Shown: in pieces, positions 1-12,357 of the stretch
Layout of the letters: the number at the start of each line of letters is the position of its first letter
Position numbering within the stretch: the stretch's first letter is position 1
Notes under the pieces: model-generated
Seen by the model: only the letters and a program-made list of their open reading frames with translations
Database searches by the model: none
Told to the model about the DNA's origin: nothing
From: Halarcobacter sp.
GTDB taxonomy: Bacteria; Campylobacterota; Campylobacteria; Campylobacterales; Arcobacteraceae
Length of the DNA stretch: 64,000 nt
Direction: 5' to 3'
Assembly: GCA_963676565.1 (NCBI GenBank)
Contig: OY781089.1
Span: 2,816,001-2,880,000, forward strand
Program-made: the position numbers and the translations under genes

Positions 1-717
1 TAATTCATCTAATATTTGCTCACAATTGCAGAAAGACAGCTCTTTATAATAGTTTTCATCAATTAAATTACTTAATTCAAAATATTTTTCTTTTTTTATT
101 TTAAAATCACTAAGCCCAATACTCAACATTTTAGATGGTCCCAATGTATTAATATTTGAGTATATTGACTCTTTTTTATAAAATGTGAAATTTAATATAT
201 TGTCTAATACTCGCGTATCAAATTCGAGTTCGATACCAAAGCTAGGAAATACTTTTTGTTCAGATGCAAAATAGAACTCTTCTTTTTGTTTATTTAAATA
301 ATAAAAAAATGGCTTTTTGCCCAGTCTATCTCTATAGCAATATAGAGTATTTTCTAGTTTGTCATACAGTGCAATAGCAAACATACCATCAAGTTTATTT
401 ACAAATTCTTTCCCATGTTTTTTATACAGTTTACATATTACCTCTGCTTCACAGTTTGTTCTAAAACTGTCATCTATTTCATTTTTCAATTCTAAATAGT
501 TATAAATTTCACCATTAAAAACAACTACAATATTTTCATCTTCAAAAGGTTGGTTCGCATCAATTGAAAGGTCATTGATAGACAATCTTGTGTGACCTAA
601 AATCAAGTTTTTATTTTGATAAAAATCACTATTATCAGGTCCTCTATGACTCAGACAGTTTAATGCTTTTTTTATATCAAATTGTTTGTTACTAATTGCT
701 CCTAATATACCACACAT
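1..717 (-). CDS. asnB: Asparagine synthase-like glutamine amidotransferase (WbpS-type), 5' part; runs off the window
   Basis: Not in ORF track. ATG at 717 overlaps the upstream stop (TAATG); reads MCGILGAI...SHRGPD...GHTRLSI...NGEIYNY...GMFAIA...RDRLGKKP, the Ntn-amidotransferase N-terminus. Confidence 0.9.
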   Translation of the reverse strand, partial: MCGILGAISNKQFDIKKALNCLSHRGPDNSDFYQNKNLILGHTRLSINDLSIDANQPFEDENIVVVFNGEIYNYLELKNEIDDSFRTNCEAEVICKLYKKHGKEFVNKLDGMFAIALYDKLENTLYCYRDRLGKKPFFYYLNKQKEEFYFASEQKVFPSFGIELEFDTRVLDNILNFTFYKKESIYSNINTLGPSKMLSIGLSDFKIKKEKYFELSNLIDENYYKELSFCNCEQILDEL

Positions 718-1736
718 TATGTCTTCTTTATCCCCAAAAATCTTGGTCCAGAAGAATAGTCTTTAAAACCTCTTAAAAAATATATAAAATTAGTAAACCC
801 TCTAGAAAAAACGTTTGGTTCTTTATTTGGTTTTAACTCTTCACCATAAGGCAATGGCCCTGAAAATAGTCTTGAAAACTTAAATAATAGATTTTTCCAA
901 ATACTTTTTTGAACATTTTCATTTTCTAAACCTCTTCTATGAATATATCCCATTTGCTTTTTAAACTCTATTGGCATAACGCTACTAACATACTCTATAT
1001 TATTATCTCTAAACCAGTTTAATATTTCTTTTATAGAATGGTCACTTTTTTGGGGTACTGAGTATTGATCATAAATCAATGCTTCCATATCTATATTCTT
1101 ATGAACATTTTCATTATATAGTCTTTTCATTCTCCAAGGATATAGCCTCTTTGCCCATTCTATTCTTTTATGAATATCTTCACCACCTAACAACTCAACT
1201 AAACCTTTTTCGATATTATTAAAAAAATGGCCATAGTTGTTGTAAACAAATAACATAAGAGGACATCCATCTTTCAATACTCTACAAAGTTCTTGAAAAC
1301 CTCTATATGGATCAGGAGTATGATGAATTACTCCCGCACTAATAACCAAATCGAAACTATTATCTTCGAAATCAATGTCTAATACAGATTGCTTATAAAA
1401 CTCAATATTTTTAATTCCCAATATTTCAGCCTTTTCTTTTGCCTTAGAAAGAGAAGCATCAGATAAATCTATACTAACTACTTTTTTAGCTCCTAAGCTA
1501 GCTATTATCATCGATTCTTCACCGGTACCACACCCGCCATCTAAAACTACTTTATTTTTAAAAAAAGTAAATGGATCAATACCTAAAGTTTTATAATAAT
1601 TTATTTTTGTATCTTTTAAAGATGTCAATATTGAATCCAAAGCATAGTCTGGAAATGGAGTATTCATATACATCTCATTTACTCTTTTTTGGATATCACC
1701 ATATTTTTCTGTGTCAAATAAATCTTGTTTAGCCAT
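717..1736 (-). CDS. Class I SAM-dependent methyltransferase
   Basis: VLDGGCGTG motif I; FDLVISAGVIHH. Confidence 0.85.
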   Translation of the reverse strand: MAKQDLFDTEKYGDIQKRVNEMYMNTPFPDYALDSILTSLKDTKINYYKTLGIDPFTFFKNKVVLDGGCGTGEESMIIASLGAKKVVSIDLSDASLSKAKEKAEILGIKNIEFYKQSVLDIDFEDNSFDLVISAGVIHHTPDPYRGFQELCRVLKDGCPLMLFVYNNYGHFFNNIEKGLVELLGGEDIHKRIEWAKRLYPWRMKRLYNENVHKNIDMEALIYDQYSVPQKSDHSIKEILNWFRDNNIEYVSSVMPIEFKKQMGYIHRRGLENENVQKSIWKNLLFKFSRLFSGPLPYGEELKPNKEPNVFSRGFTNFIYFLRGFKDYSSGPRFLGIKKT

Positions 1737-3011
1737 TTAATTTTTTTCTTCCTTTATTTCACTTCTTACATAGATATATTTTCCACTTTTTGTTTTTGGT
1801 ATTTCACTTACTTTTTCCCAAATAATATTTGGTTTCATACCTAGCGCTTTATAAATTTTTTCATTTATTTCATCTTGCTTATCAGTAGATAAAGACTTGC
1901 CTTCATTTAATGTATACAATATATTAATATATTCTAGATTTTTTTGGACTAAATTATAATGTTTTATTTCATCAATATAAAAAAATAATGTAATAAAATA
2001 TTGAGCATGAACTTTATGATTATCTTTTCCAGTAAGATATTCAAATACTCTACCATTTAAACCATTCAAAAAATAATTATCGTTTTCTTTTTCTAAAGAT
2101 TCGGCACTATCCATTATATCAAACCTTATTAATGGCATTACAAAGTTATGTAAATTAGTAACTAGTATATGATTATCTACAACTTCAATAATATTATTAA
2201 ATAGAAATATCTTTTTCTTATCATTCTGTTTGTCTTCAGCAGCAATAGCACTAGCTTCTCTAGAGCCATAAAAATCATATACTTTAGTTTTAAAAACTCT
2301 TTCTATCAAATCTCTATGTTCATTATAAAGCATTGCAGTACTAGTTACAATAATTCTTGGTGAATAAACTTCAATATTATGTTCTTGTATATATATTGCC
2401 AAATCAACTAAGGAATTAGCATAAGCTTTTAAAATTTCAGGTTTAAAACTGTTAATTTCATTTATTGTATTTAGTTTTTCTTTTTCTCCAAAGTTAAATG
2501 CATTTATAAACTTTATGTTTGATAGATAATTTTTGATTTTAGATTTTAAAGTAGTTCTTTTTTCAAAATCTTCTACCGACCCCCAAATTACTAATTTTCT
2601 ACTAGTACTCCAATCTACTCCAAGTAAATCTTTATAATAATAATAAAGCGTAGCATCAATCCATAATTGATAATTTCCATCTTGTAAAAATCTTACAGGT
2701 TCACCTGTCGAACCTCCTGATGTATTTTGCCAATACTTATAAGGTTTTTTCTTAGATACCAAATCTTCAAACTGATTTCGTATTGTATCTTTTGTAATTA
2801 TAGGTAAACTGTCTAAATTATTTATATCGATATTTTCTAACGCAATATCTTTATATAAAGGAACATTTTCTTTTGCATGTTTCAAAATATTTTTTAATTT
2901 TTTATTTGCTAATACTTCAAAATTATTTTCATATTTTTTTATCTCATCATATACTTTTAAAACTTCTTTATTTTTTATCTTCCAAAGTAGTGAACTTATA
3001 AATTTATTCAT
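1737..3011 (-). CDS. Phenylacetate-CoA ligase / CapK-like adenylating enzyme
   Basis: TSGGSTGEP loop, YGSRE, PLIRFDIMD, TKSGK. Confidence 0.8.
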   Translation of the reverse strand: MNKFISSLLWKIKNKEVLKVYDEIKKYENNFEVLANKKLKNILKHAKENVPLYKDIALENIDINNLDSLPIITKDTIRNQFEDLVSKKKPYKYWQNTSGGSTGEPVRFLQDGNYQLWIDATLYYYYKDLLGVDWSTSRKLVIWGSVEDFEKRTTLKSKIKNYLSNIKFINAFNFGEKEKLNTINEINSFKPEILKAYANSLVDLAIYIQEHNIEVYSPRIIVTSTAMLYNEHRDLIERVFKTKVYDFYGSREASAIAAEDKQNDKKKIFLFNNIIEVVDNHILVTNLHNFVMPLIRFDIMDSAESLEKENDNYFLNGLNGRVFEYLTGKDNHKVHAQYFITLFFYIDEIKHYNLVQKNLEYINILYTLNEGKSLSTDKQDEINEKIYKALGMKPNIIWEKVSEIPKTKSGKYIYVRSEIKEEKN

Positions 3012-3706
3012 GCATTAACCTTTTTCCTACACACAAAATTACCTTTAGTAGAAAAAATATCCATCAATGGTAATTTTATTTTTGTTTTTCTGTAAAAAGG
3101 AAAATATGCTTCATGTATAACCTCAAATCCTAATTTTTCAAGAATATTTTTTAGCTTTCTAGGAGTTATCATATTTATATGCGTTACATCAGGCTCTTTA
3201 TCAAAATATCCCCAATGTTCAAGTTTCCCATAAAACCATGCATCATTTCTAATAATAAATGTCCCATCTGACTTTAATACTCTTTTCATTTCTAATATAA
3301 ACTTTTCACAAAACTGTTTTGGAATATGTTCTATTACTGTTATATTTGCTATTAAGTCAAAGCTATCATTTTTAAAAGGTAATTCAAAGCTACTATTAGC
3401 AACATAACTTACATTTTTTAAATCTCTTTTTTGAGAGTATTCAAGTGCTTTTAAAGATGGTTCAAGAGCAATTAAATGATTCGAAATAGTTGACAAAGGT
3501 TCTGTACATCGTCCAATCCCAGCACCAACTTCTAAAGCCATATCATAAGAATCATCTAAAAATTCTAATAGATAATTTTCAGTATCTAAATGATAGTTTT
3601 CATTATTCCAATAGTCATTATCTTCCTCAAAACAACTAAAAACTGCGATATCATCTTTTATTGTGTAGTTATTATTTGATAATAACTCTGTTACTTTACT
3701 TTCCAT
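3008..3706 (-). CDS. Class I SAM-dependent methyltransferase
   Basis: LEVGAGIG motif; LPFKNDSFDLI; VIEHI. Confidence 0.85.
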   Translation of the reverse strand: MESKVTELLSNNNYTIKDDIAVFSCFEEDNDYWNNENYHLDTENYLLEFLDDSYDMALEVGAGIGRCTEPLSTISNHLIALEPSLKALEYSQKRDLKNVSYVANSSFELPFKNDSFDLIANITVIEHIPKQFCEKFILEMKRVLKSDGTFIIRNDAWFYGKLEHWGYFDKEPDVTHINMITPRKLKNILEKLGFEVIHEAYFPFYRKTKIKLPLMDIFSTKGNFVCRKKVNA

Positions 3707-4805
3707 CTAAAAACTCCTTAATCTGTCGCCCTACAATTTTTTTACTAAAGTTTGATTTGGAAAACTCTAATGCATTACTAGAAAGTTGTGATAAGTATTC
3801 TCTATCATTCATTATTTTTACTATTTTTTCTTCTATTTTATCTAACTCATCATATTCATATAAGAAGCCACTATATCCATCTTTTATAGCTTCAATAACT
3901 CCTGATGTTCTAAATCCAATAGATGGGACTTTTATAAATCCAGCTTCTGCATATACTCTACCAAATGATTCTCCCATACCATTATTAGCTTTTGAAAGTA
4001 ATATATGTAAATCACAACCATGTAATATATCTATTAAATCTTTTTCTGACTTATAACCTAAAAATTCTACTTTATTTTCAAGTCCAAGTTTTTTTGTAAT
4101 ATTTTTAAGTTTCCCAATATACTCACCATCTCCAACAAGTTTATAAGAAAAATCAACTTCTTTTTGTTTTATTTGTGATAATATTTTAAGTATATCTTGA
4201 ATGTTTTTTTGTTTTTCAAATCTACTAAATGTAACTAATGTAAAAGTTTCATGATTCTTTTTTTTCTTAAATTCCCACAATTCATCATCAATTGGTCTTG
4301 GAATTTTCTTAAATTTTTCAAGAGGAGTAGAGCAATACTCATTTATAAATTTTATTGTAGCATCCGATATAGCTATGATTTTTTTAGCATTATTATAAGA
4401 TCTACACAAAATAGCATTTCTTATAATCATTTTGTATTTCGTATTTTGAAAAGGAAGTCTTGTACCAGCTGCTAATATAATAGGTTTAAATGAAAAAAAA
4501 GATTTAAATATTCCATATGCTACTTCACCAAAATGACCCATTATCATCACATCGTCATAATCGCCACTTTTATAAAGTTTATTAACTAAAAACATATTTT
4601 TAATCTCAGTAATATAACCACCATCACCATTTCTCACAATCTTATAAGGTAAAGTTCTATCAAACTCTTTATCTCCATTTTCATGAGGACATACAAGTGT
4701 AACTTCTACACCATTATCAACTAAGCCCAATATTGTCTGATGAGTAGAAAACTGCATTCCTCCAATACTTGGTAAGAAACCACCTGTTATACATAATAAT
4801 TTCAC
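3696..4805 (-). CDS. GT4 family glycosyltransferase
   Basis: N-terminal GG motif; ESFGRVYAEA (ExxxxxxxE). Confidence 0.85.
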   Translation of the reverse strand: MKLLCITGGFLPSIGGMQFSTHQTILGLVDNGVEVTLVCPHENGDKEFDRTLPYKIVRNGDGGYITEIKNMFLVNKLYKSGDYDDVMIMGHFGEVAYGIFKSFFSFKPIILAAGTRLPFQNTKYKMIIRNAILCRSYNNAKKIIAISDATIKFINEYCSTPLEKFKKIPRPIDDELWEFKKKKNHETFTLVTFSRFEKQKNIQDILKILSQIKQKEVDFSYKLVGDGEYIGKLKNITKKLGLENKVEFLGYKSEKDLIDILHGCDLHILLSKANNGMGESFGRVYAEAGFIKVPSIGFRTSGVIEAIKDGYSGFLYEYDELDKIEEKIVKIMNDREYLSQLSSNALEFSKSNFSKKIVGRQIKEFLDGK

Positions 4806-6238
4806 TTATCACCTTTTTTATACAATAATATCACTTTTTTTGAAATAATAAAGCTATAAATAACATAAGTAATTAAAAATAATCCTAACATTATAAACTC
4901 TAAATTACTGTCAAATATATGAAGAAAAAATATACTTATTATTGATATAAATAACCCATAAATTATTTTAGAATCTATAAATAGATTATATCTTTTGTAT
5001 GTTAAAAAATAACAAATTAAAGCATATACTAATTCACTAGCACCTGTCGCTATTGCAGCTCCTATTATGCCAAGTTTTGGTATAAGAACAATATTTAATA
5101 AAAAGTTAACTGCCAGAGAGACAAGTGTAACTTTAAATAAAATTTTACTATCTCCATAAGCACTTATTATATAAGAAGCATAACCAAAAAATATTGTTAG
5201 AAGATATAAAAATATTAAAGTATAAAAAGATGACATTCCTACTAAATATTCAATAGTGAAAATAAGACTGATTAATTCATCCCCAAAATATAAAAATATT
5301 AAAAACAAAGGTATAGTTAATATGAAAAGTGTTCTTTGTAAAAGATCATAAGTAGTTTTGATATTTTGAATCTCTTTTTTAGCAATATATCTTGACAATA
5401 TAGGTAATAAAATAGGTACAAAAGCCATATACCAAAAATTTCGAACAATCACTGCTACAAGAAACACCGCACTATAAATACCAACTTCATAGTTATTTAA
5501 AAAATATCCTATCATAATATTGTCTGACCACATATAAAGCATTGATACAAGACCAGAAAGGCTAATATAAAAAGAGTATTTAAAATAATCCTTATTGAAA
5601 ATTTTTTTAAATTTTTTTAACTCAATTTTTTGATAATAAGAATATATTTTTTTTGAAAAAATCAAAGCAAAAAATAAATACCCAGCTAAATAAATATAAG
5701 CCACTTGAACTATAGTAATCTTTACATATAAACTTAGTACATACAAAGCCACTAAAGGAAATACCTTATGCCAAACAAGTTCATGCAATTTTGTGTAGAG
5801 AAAATTACCTTTTGTAATAGCTATCTTCATCTGAGAAGAGACAAAAGCATTAAGTACTATATATATTCCTAAAATATTTGCTAAAGATGTAAAATCTTCT
5901 ATAAAAGCACTTTCCAAACTACCTTGAAAAAGTACAATCAAAAAATAAAAAAATCCACCAACAACTAAAGGTAAAAAAAGAGAAAAATAATACACATTTT
6001 TAAGTGCATTTAATTTTTGCTTCTCTTCATATAATGGAATATAACGCATTAATCCAGCAGACATACCAAAATTAGCAAAAATAGATAATATAGAAAATAA
6101 AGTTAATGATAATGAAAAAAGACCGAAATCACTAACCGTAAGATTTTTTGTCAAAAAACTATTCCACAAAAAACCAAATATTAAAAATATTGGCTGTAGA
6201 ATAATATGGATTTTCGCTGTATTAAATAATCTAATCAT
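4802..6238 (-). CDS. wzx: O-unit flippase Wzx
   Basis: Many TM segments; D-x-IMIG...VGIYS; LIPKLGIIGAAIAT. Confidence 0.85.
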   Translation of the reverse strand: MIRLFNTAKIHIILQPIFLIFGFLWNSFLTKNLTVSDFGLFSLSLTLFSILSIFANFGMSAGLMRYIPLYEEKQKLNALKNVYYFSLFLPLVVGGFFYFLIVLFQGSLESAFIEDFTSLANILGIYIVLNAFVSSQMKIAITKGNFLYTKLHELVWHKVFPLVALYVLSLYVKITIVQVAYIYLAGYLFFALIFSKKIYSYYQKIELKKFKKIFNKDYFKYSFYISLSGLVSMLYMWSDNIMIGYFLNNYEVGIYSAVFLVAVIVRNFWYMAFVPILLPILSRYIAKKEIQNIKTTYDLLQRTLFILTIPLFLIFLYFGDELISLIFTIEYLVGMSSFYTLIFLYLLTIFFGYASYIISAYGDSKILFKVTLVSLAVNFLLNIVLIPKLGIIGAAIATGASELVYALICYFLTYKRYNLFIDSKIIYGLFISIISIFFLHIFDSNLEFIMLGLFLITYVIYSFIISKKVILLYKKGDK

Positions 6239-7715
6239 TTAAAATTTTTAAAATACTATCAATAATTTGTTTTTGATTCTTTATTAAATCTTCTTTTGTC
6301 ATTTCGGTGTAATAATCAGGTTCCATAATCAACATATCATAAGACTCTTCAATAACAGATGATAAGAAATATTCAAGTTTATATTCATCAAACAAATAAT
6401 TATCTAATTTATTTCTAATAAGTTCACTCCATTTAGTAATTGCTATATCTTTTAATTTCAATACCAAATCACAATTATTAAAAAAAACATTACCAACAGT
6501 TATTACTGGTTTTTTAAGTATTAATCCTTCTAATCCTACAGTTCCTGTAATAGTAAATATCATTTTAGATTTTTTGATTAATTCTTTACTATCAATTGAT
6601 GGATGTAATAAAATTACATTTGGTAATTCTTTTAATTGCTTGTAAAACAAAATTGTATTTTTACCAAACATATTAGGATGCTCTTTAATTACTAATCTAT
6701 AATCCATTGGTAAAGACTTTGACAATGTCTCTGCAACAAAGATTTGATTTAAATAGAATGGAGCACATGTCATAGTAGTTGCTTCAGGCTGCATGTGTAA
6801 AGGGAAATATACATATTTAAACTCATTTAACTCTTTTATATCAATTTTTTTTAATAAATTTAATCTATTAATATATTTTCTTTGTAACCTTACTTTTAAT
6901 TCTTCATTAAAAAGTTTTTTAAATGGATTTGGTTTTGTATGACCTGTATATTTTTTAGTTATGTAATACCTAAATGAATATCGAAAAAATCTTTTAATAC
7001 CACCAAAATAATCTTTTCTTTTTTTATCATTAATCTTTTCATAAAAAGGCTTATCGAAATTTTCTCTATATTTTTGAATCATCTCTTTAGCTTTTTGTAT
7101 CGATATATCACTTGGTTTTAGATTTTTATTTAATTTATATTCATTCGATATAGACCAAAAACTTTTTTTATCAATTCTTAATAGTTCAGGAACAATTATT
7201 TTAATTCCTAATTTTTTTGCAACTGCAAAAGATATAAGATGAGGCATTGAAGCATAAGCATTAGTTACAATTAAATCAATTTTTTCTTTTGTATATAAAT
7301 TCTCAAAATATTCAAAAAAAACAACTATCATATTTAAAATATAAAAATATTTATCTTTTATATGATTTCTATCTGCCCATACATATTTCCATAGTGTTTC
7401 ATCACTACTATATCTATTTTCCAATAAACTAATTTTATCTATTAATATAGATTTTTCTTCTTTTGAAAATACTTTTTTATTGTAAATATTCTGTTCATAA
7501 ACTTCATCTAAAGAATTAATATTATTAAACCTATTTTGAATCAATTGTTCTGTTAACTCTTGATAATAGTTCCTACCAACATTTAAACAATCAACATTCC
7601 CATTTATTTTTTTTTCTTCAATTAATTTATTAGCAATTGGAGTAAATACATAAGCAAAATCCCAATCTAATATAAAAAAAACTTTTTTAAAATTACTTTT
7701 CAAATCTATCTCCAA
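6231..7715 (-). CDS. KpsS/Capsule_synth-like transferase, possibly for a nonulosonic acid or Kdo
   Basis: YFPLHMQPE, VIKEHP, TITGTVGLEGL motifs; adjacent to pseC. Confidence 0.65.
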   Translation of the reverse strand: MEIDLKSNFKKVFFILDWDFAYVFTPIANKLIEEKKINGNVDCLNVGRNYYQELTEQLIQNRFNNINSLDEVYEQNIYNKKVFSKEEKSILIDKISLLENRYSSDETLWKYVWADRNHIKDKYFYILNMIVVFFEYFENLYTKEKIDLIVTNAYASMPHLISFAVAKKLGIKIIVPELLRIDKKSFWSISNEYKLNKNLKPSDISIQKAKEMIQKYRENFDKPFYEKINDKKRKDYFGGIKRFFRYSFRYYITKKYTGHTKPNPFKKLFNEELKVRLQRKYINRLNLLKKIDIKELNEFKYVYFPLHMQPEATTMTCAPFYLNQIFVAETLSKSLPMDYRLVIKEHPNMFGKNTILFYKQLKELPNVILLHPSIDSKELIKKSKMIFTITGTVGLEGLILKKPVITVGNVFFNNCDLVLKLKDIAITKWSELIRNKLDNYLFDEYKLEYFLSSVIEESYDMLIMEPDYYTEMTKEDLIKNQKQIIDSILKILND

Positions 7716-7910
7716 ATGTATAATTCTTTATAGTAAATGTACTATCTTTGTTTAAATAAAAAACACCTACTTTCATTTTTTGCCTTTTATATTTTAACAA
7801 TACCTTTTTCTATGAAAATTTCAAATATAAAAAAAGTAATGTATTTTTATTAATATACTTACTTGTATTCCCATCTCATAATATGATTATTAATATTGAA
7901 TTTTATTCAT

Positions 7911-9035
7911 TTAGTTTAAAACCTCAAACAATGTTTTTAATATATAATTTTGTTCTTCATTATTAAGTAATGGATACATAGGTAAAGAGAAACATTCTTT
8001 ATAATATTTATCCATTATAGGAGTATTTTCATTACCATAACCTAAAGATGTATAATATGGTTGTTTATTGATAGGAATATAGTGAACTTGAATTCCTATA
8101 TTCTTATCTTTAAGCTTTATAAACAACTCTTCTCTAGATATATTTAATTTACTAAAATCAACTTGAACTACATATAGATGATATGATGATTTTCCATCAA
8201 ACTTATAAAGTGGTTTTACAATAGTGTTTTCAAATGCTTTATCATAATTTTTTGCTATTTCAAATCTTCTTTGTAAAAAATCAACTTGCTTTTTTAATTG
8301 ACTTAGACCTAAAGCACATTGAATATCTGTGATACGATAGTTATACCCTAACTCATGCATTTCATATTCCCATGGTTTCATATCTGGTGTTTTAATCATC
8401 CCATGAGCACGAAGTTGCAGTAATTTTTCATATATATCTTTAGAGTTAGTAGTTATAGCTCCGCCTTCTCCTGTTGTAAGGTGTTTTACAGGATGAAAAG
8501 AAAAGATTCCACAGTCACTATAGGTACAACTTCCTGACTTTATATCATTAAATTTAGCGCCAATTGAGTGAGAATTATCTTCCAAAATAGTTATATTATA
8601 AGTCTCTTTTAAATGTTTTAATTTTTTTTGATCTAGCATTCTACCACTAAAAGAAACTGCATATATAGCTTTAATATTTGTATCTTTTTTTAATTTTTGT
8701 TCACAAAGTTCTAAATCTATATTTCCATCTTCAGCAATATCTACAAAAATAGGTTTTGCACCAACATAAAGTATACTATTAGAAGTAGCTAAAAAAGAAT
8801 TAGGGGTCGTTAATACTCTGTCTTCCTCTTCTAAAAGACATAAAGAAGCTAAATGAAGTGCTGCAGTTCCATTTGAAACTACTACTGCATAATTAGAACC
8901 ACAATAATCTGCTAATGCCTCTTCAAACTCTTTTATTTTTGGTCCTGTTGTTAAAAAATCTGACTGCAAAGCTTTTTCAACAGCATTTATATCATCTTGT
9001 TGAATAAATTGTTTACCATAAGGGATAAAATTCAT
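7911..9035 (-). CDS. pseC: UDP-4-amino-4,6-dideoxy-N-acetyl-beta-L-altrosamine transaminase
   Basis: IPYGKQ start, SFHPVKHLTTGEGG PLP-lysine motif; follows pseB. Confidence 0.9.
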   Translation of the reverse strand: MNFIPYGKQFIQQDDINAVEKALQSDFLTTGPKIKEFEEALADYCGSNYAVVVSNGTAALHLASLCLLEEEDRVLTTPNSFLATSNSILYVGAKPIFVDIAEDGNIDLELCEQKLKKDTNIKAIYAVSFSGRMLDQKKLKHLKETYNITILEDNSHSIGAKFNDIKSGSCTYSDCGIFSFHPVKHLTTGEGGAITTNSKDIYEKLLQLRAHGMIKTPDMKPWEYEMHELGYNYRITDIQCALGLSQLKKQVDFLQRRFEIAKNYDKAFENTIVKPLYKFDGKSSYHLYVVQVDFSKLNISREELFIKLKDKNIGIQVHYIPINKQPYYTSLGYGNENTPIMDKYYKECFSLPMYPLLNNEEQNYILKTLFEVLN

Positions 9036-10022
<987 letters not shown>

Positions 10023-10025
10023 CTA

Positions 10026-11273
10026 TCATAATCTCCCATCAGTTTCATCTAAAATAGATTTAATATCATAAACAACAGTATCATCTGTAGGTTTGATATC
10101 TAAACTCTTAAACTCATCATGTGATACAGCAAGTACAACAGCATCATAAGTCTTTGAATCCATATTTTCTTGAAGTTCTAAATTGTATTCATGTTTTACT
10201 TCATCTTTATCTGCCCATGGGTCATAAACATCTATATTACATCCAAACTCTTTTAATTCCTCAATTACATCTATTACTCTTGAGTTTCTTATATCTGGAC
10301 AATTCTCTTTAAATGTAATACCTAAAATAAGAACATTACTCCCTTCTATTCTATGACCTTTTTTTATCATTAGTTTTATCACTTGATTAGCTACATATAT
10401 TCCCATATTATCATTTAGTCTTCTTCCTGCTAATATAATCTCTGGGTTATAACCTATTGATTGTGCCTTATGAGTTAAATAGTATGGATCTACTCCTATG
10501 CAGTGTCCGCCAACTAATCCTGGTCTAAATGGTAAGAAGTTCCATTTTGTTCCTGCTGCTTCTAGTACATCATTTGTATTAACACCAAGTTTATTAAAAA
10601 TAATTGCAAGTTCATTTACAAATGCTATATTTATATCTCTTTGAGAATTTTCTATTACTTTTGCAGCTTCTGCAACTTTAATAGTTGGAGCTAAGTGAGT
10701 TCCGGCAGTTATAATTGAAGAGTATAAATCATCAACTATTTTACCAATCTCTGGAGTTGAACCAGAAGTAACTTTAAGAATTTTTGTTACTGTATGTTCT
10801 TTATCTCCTGGATTAATTCTTTCAGGAGAATATCCACAGAAGAAGTCTTTATTAAATTTTAAATTTGAAAACTTTTCTAATACAGGAACACAATCTTCTT
10901 CTGTAGCCCCTGGATAAACTGTAGATTCATAAATTACAATATCATCTTTTTTTAAAACTTTCCCAACAGTTTCACTAGCTTTTATTAAAGGAGTTAAATC
11001 CGGTCTTTTATTTTTATCAATTGGAGTTGGTACTGTTACAATATAAATATTACAATCTTTTATATCATCAATATCACAAGTAAATTTAATATTATTATTC
11101 AAAGCTTCTTTTAATTGAGTTTCATTTAATTCTAAAGTTCTATCGTATGCATTATTTAATTCATCAATTCTTGTTTGATATATATCTAATCCTACTACAT
11201 CATATTTAGATGAAAATGCAGCTGCTAAAGGCAAGCCTACATATCCTAGACCAATTACACAAATCTTATTCAT
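10026..11273 (-). CDS. UDP-N-acetyl-hexosamine 6-dehydrogenase (TviB/WbpO/Gna family)
   Basis: [26 protein letters not shown]; start moved to ATG 11273 (MNKICVIG) behind an AGGA RBS. Confidence 0.9.
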   Translation of the reverse strand: MNKICVIGLGYVGLPLAAAFSSKYDVVGLDIYQTRIDELNNAYDRTLELNETQLKEALNNNIKFTCDIDDIKDCNIYIVTVPTPIDKNKRPDLTPLIKASETVGKVLKKDDIVIYESTVYPGATEEDCVPVLEKFSNLKFNKDFFCGYSPERINPGDKEHTVTKILKVTSGSTPEIGKIVDDLYSSIITAGTHLAPTIKVAEAAKVIENSQRDINIAFVNELAIIFNKLGVNTNDVLEAAGTKWNFLPFRPGLVGGHCIGVDPYYLTHKAQSIGYNPEIILAGRRLNDNMGIYVANQVIKLMIKKGHRIEGSNVLILGITFKENCPDIRNSRVIDVIEELKEFGCNIDVYDPWADKDEVKHEYNLELQENMDSKTYDAVVLAVSHDEFKSLDIKPTDDTVVYDIKSILDETDGRL

Positions 11274-11301
11274 ATTTATTTTTCCTTTTTTATTACTTGT
11301 T

Positions 11302-12357
11302 TTATCCAAAAAATTCTAAGTACCAATCAACAAACTTATTGATTCCTTCTTGTACTGGAGTTTCAGGTTTATATTCTAAATCTTCTACTAAATCATTTAC
11401 ATCTGCGTATGTTGCTGGTACATCTCCCGCTTGTAAAGGCATAAAGTTTTTCTCTATTGTTTTTCCTAATTTATTTTCTATAGCTGTAATAAAGTCCATT
11501 AATTTTACAGGGTTATTATTTCCAATATTATAGATTTTATAAGGAGCTGATGAAGTTGATGTTTCATGGTTCCAATTAGGATTTGCTTTTGGAGGATTAT
11601 CTATTACTCTAATAATACCTTCAACAATATCATCAATATATGTAAAATCTCTTAACATTTCACCATTATTAAAAACATCTATTTTTCTTCCTTCTAGTGC
11701 TGCTTTAGTAAAAAGGAAAAGTGCCATATCAGGTCTTCCCCAAGGCCCATAAACTGTAAAGAATCTAAGACCAGTAGTTGCTATTCCAAAAAGATGGGAA
11801 TATGTATGAGCCATAAGTTCATTTGACTTTTTAGATGCAGCGTATAAAGATATTGGATGATCTACATTATGATTTGTAGAGAAAGGTAATTCTTCATTTA
11901 GACCATATACTGAACTTGAAGATGCATAAGATAAATTTTTTACATCATTATGACGGCAAGATTCAAGGATATTCATAAAACCTATAATATTTGAATCCAT
12001 ATAAGCATCAGGATTTGTTAAAGAATATCTAACTCCAGCTTGTGCAGCAAGGTTACACACAGCATCAAACTTTTCTTGAGCAAAAAGTTGCATCATTGCT
12101 TCTTTATCTTCAAGGTTTAGTTTGATAAATTTATAATTAGGATTAGTTGATGAAGTTATTAGTTTCCCGTAAGGGATACTAGGACCTTTTTCTAAAGAAT
12201 CAATAATACCATTTCTTTGCAGTCTTCCATATTTCACATCTTGGTCATAGTAGTCATTGATATTATCTAATCCTATTATCTCATCACCTCTTTCAAGTAA
12301 CTTTATTGCTAGGTGTGATCCTATAAATCCTGCTGTTCCGGTTACTAATATTTTCAA
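11302..12357 (-). CDS. NAD-dependent epimerase (UDP-glucuronate 4-epimerase, Uge/WcaG-like), copy 1
   Basis: [32 protein letters not shown]. Confidence 0.9.
   Translation of the reverse strand: MKILVTGTAGFIGSHLAIKLLERGDEIIGLDNINDYYDQDVKYGRLQRNGIIDSLEKGPSIPYGKLITSSTNPNYKFIKLNLEDKEAMMQLFAQEKFDAVCNLAAQAGVRYSLTNPDAYMDSNIIGFMNILESCRHNDVKNLSYASSSSVYGLNEELPFSTNHNVDHPISLYAASKKSNELMAHTYSHLFGIATTGLRFFTVYGPWGRPDMALFLFTKAALEGRKIDVFNNGEMLRDFTYIDDIVEGIIRVIDNPPKANPNWNHETSTSSAPYKIYNIGNNNPVKLMDFITAIENKLGKTIEKNFMPLQAGDVPATYADVNDLVEDLEYKPETPVQEGINKFVDWYLEFFG

Noticed and set aside
7890..7910. Mini-ORF MNKIQY starting immediately after the pseC stop
   Set aside because: Could be the stub of a deleted pse gene, but six codons are too few to support a call
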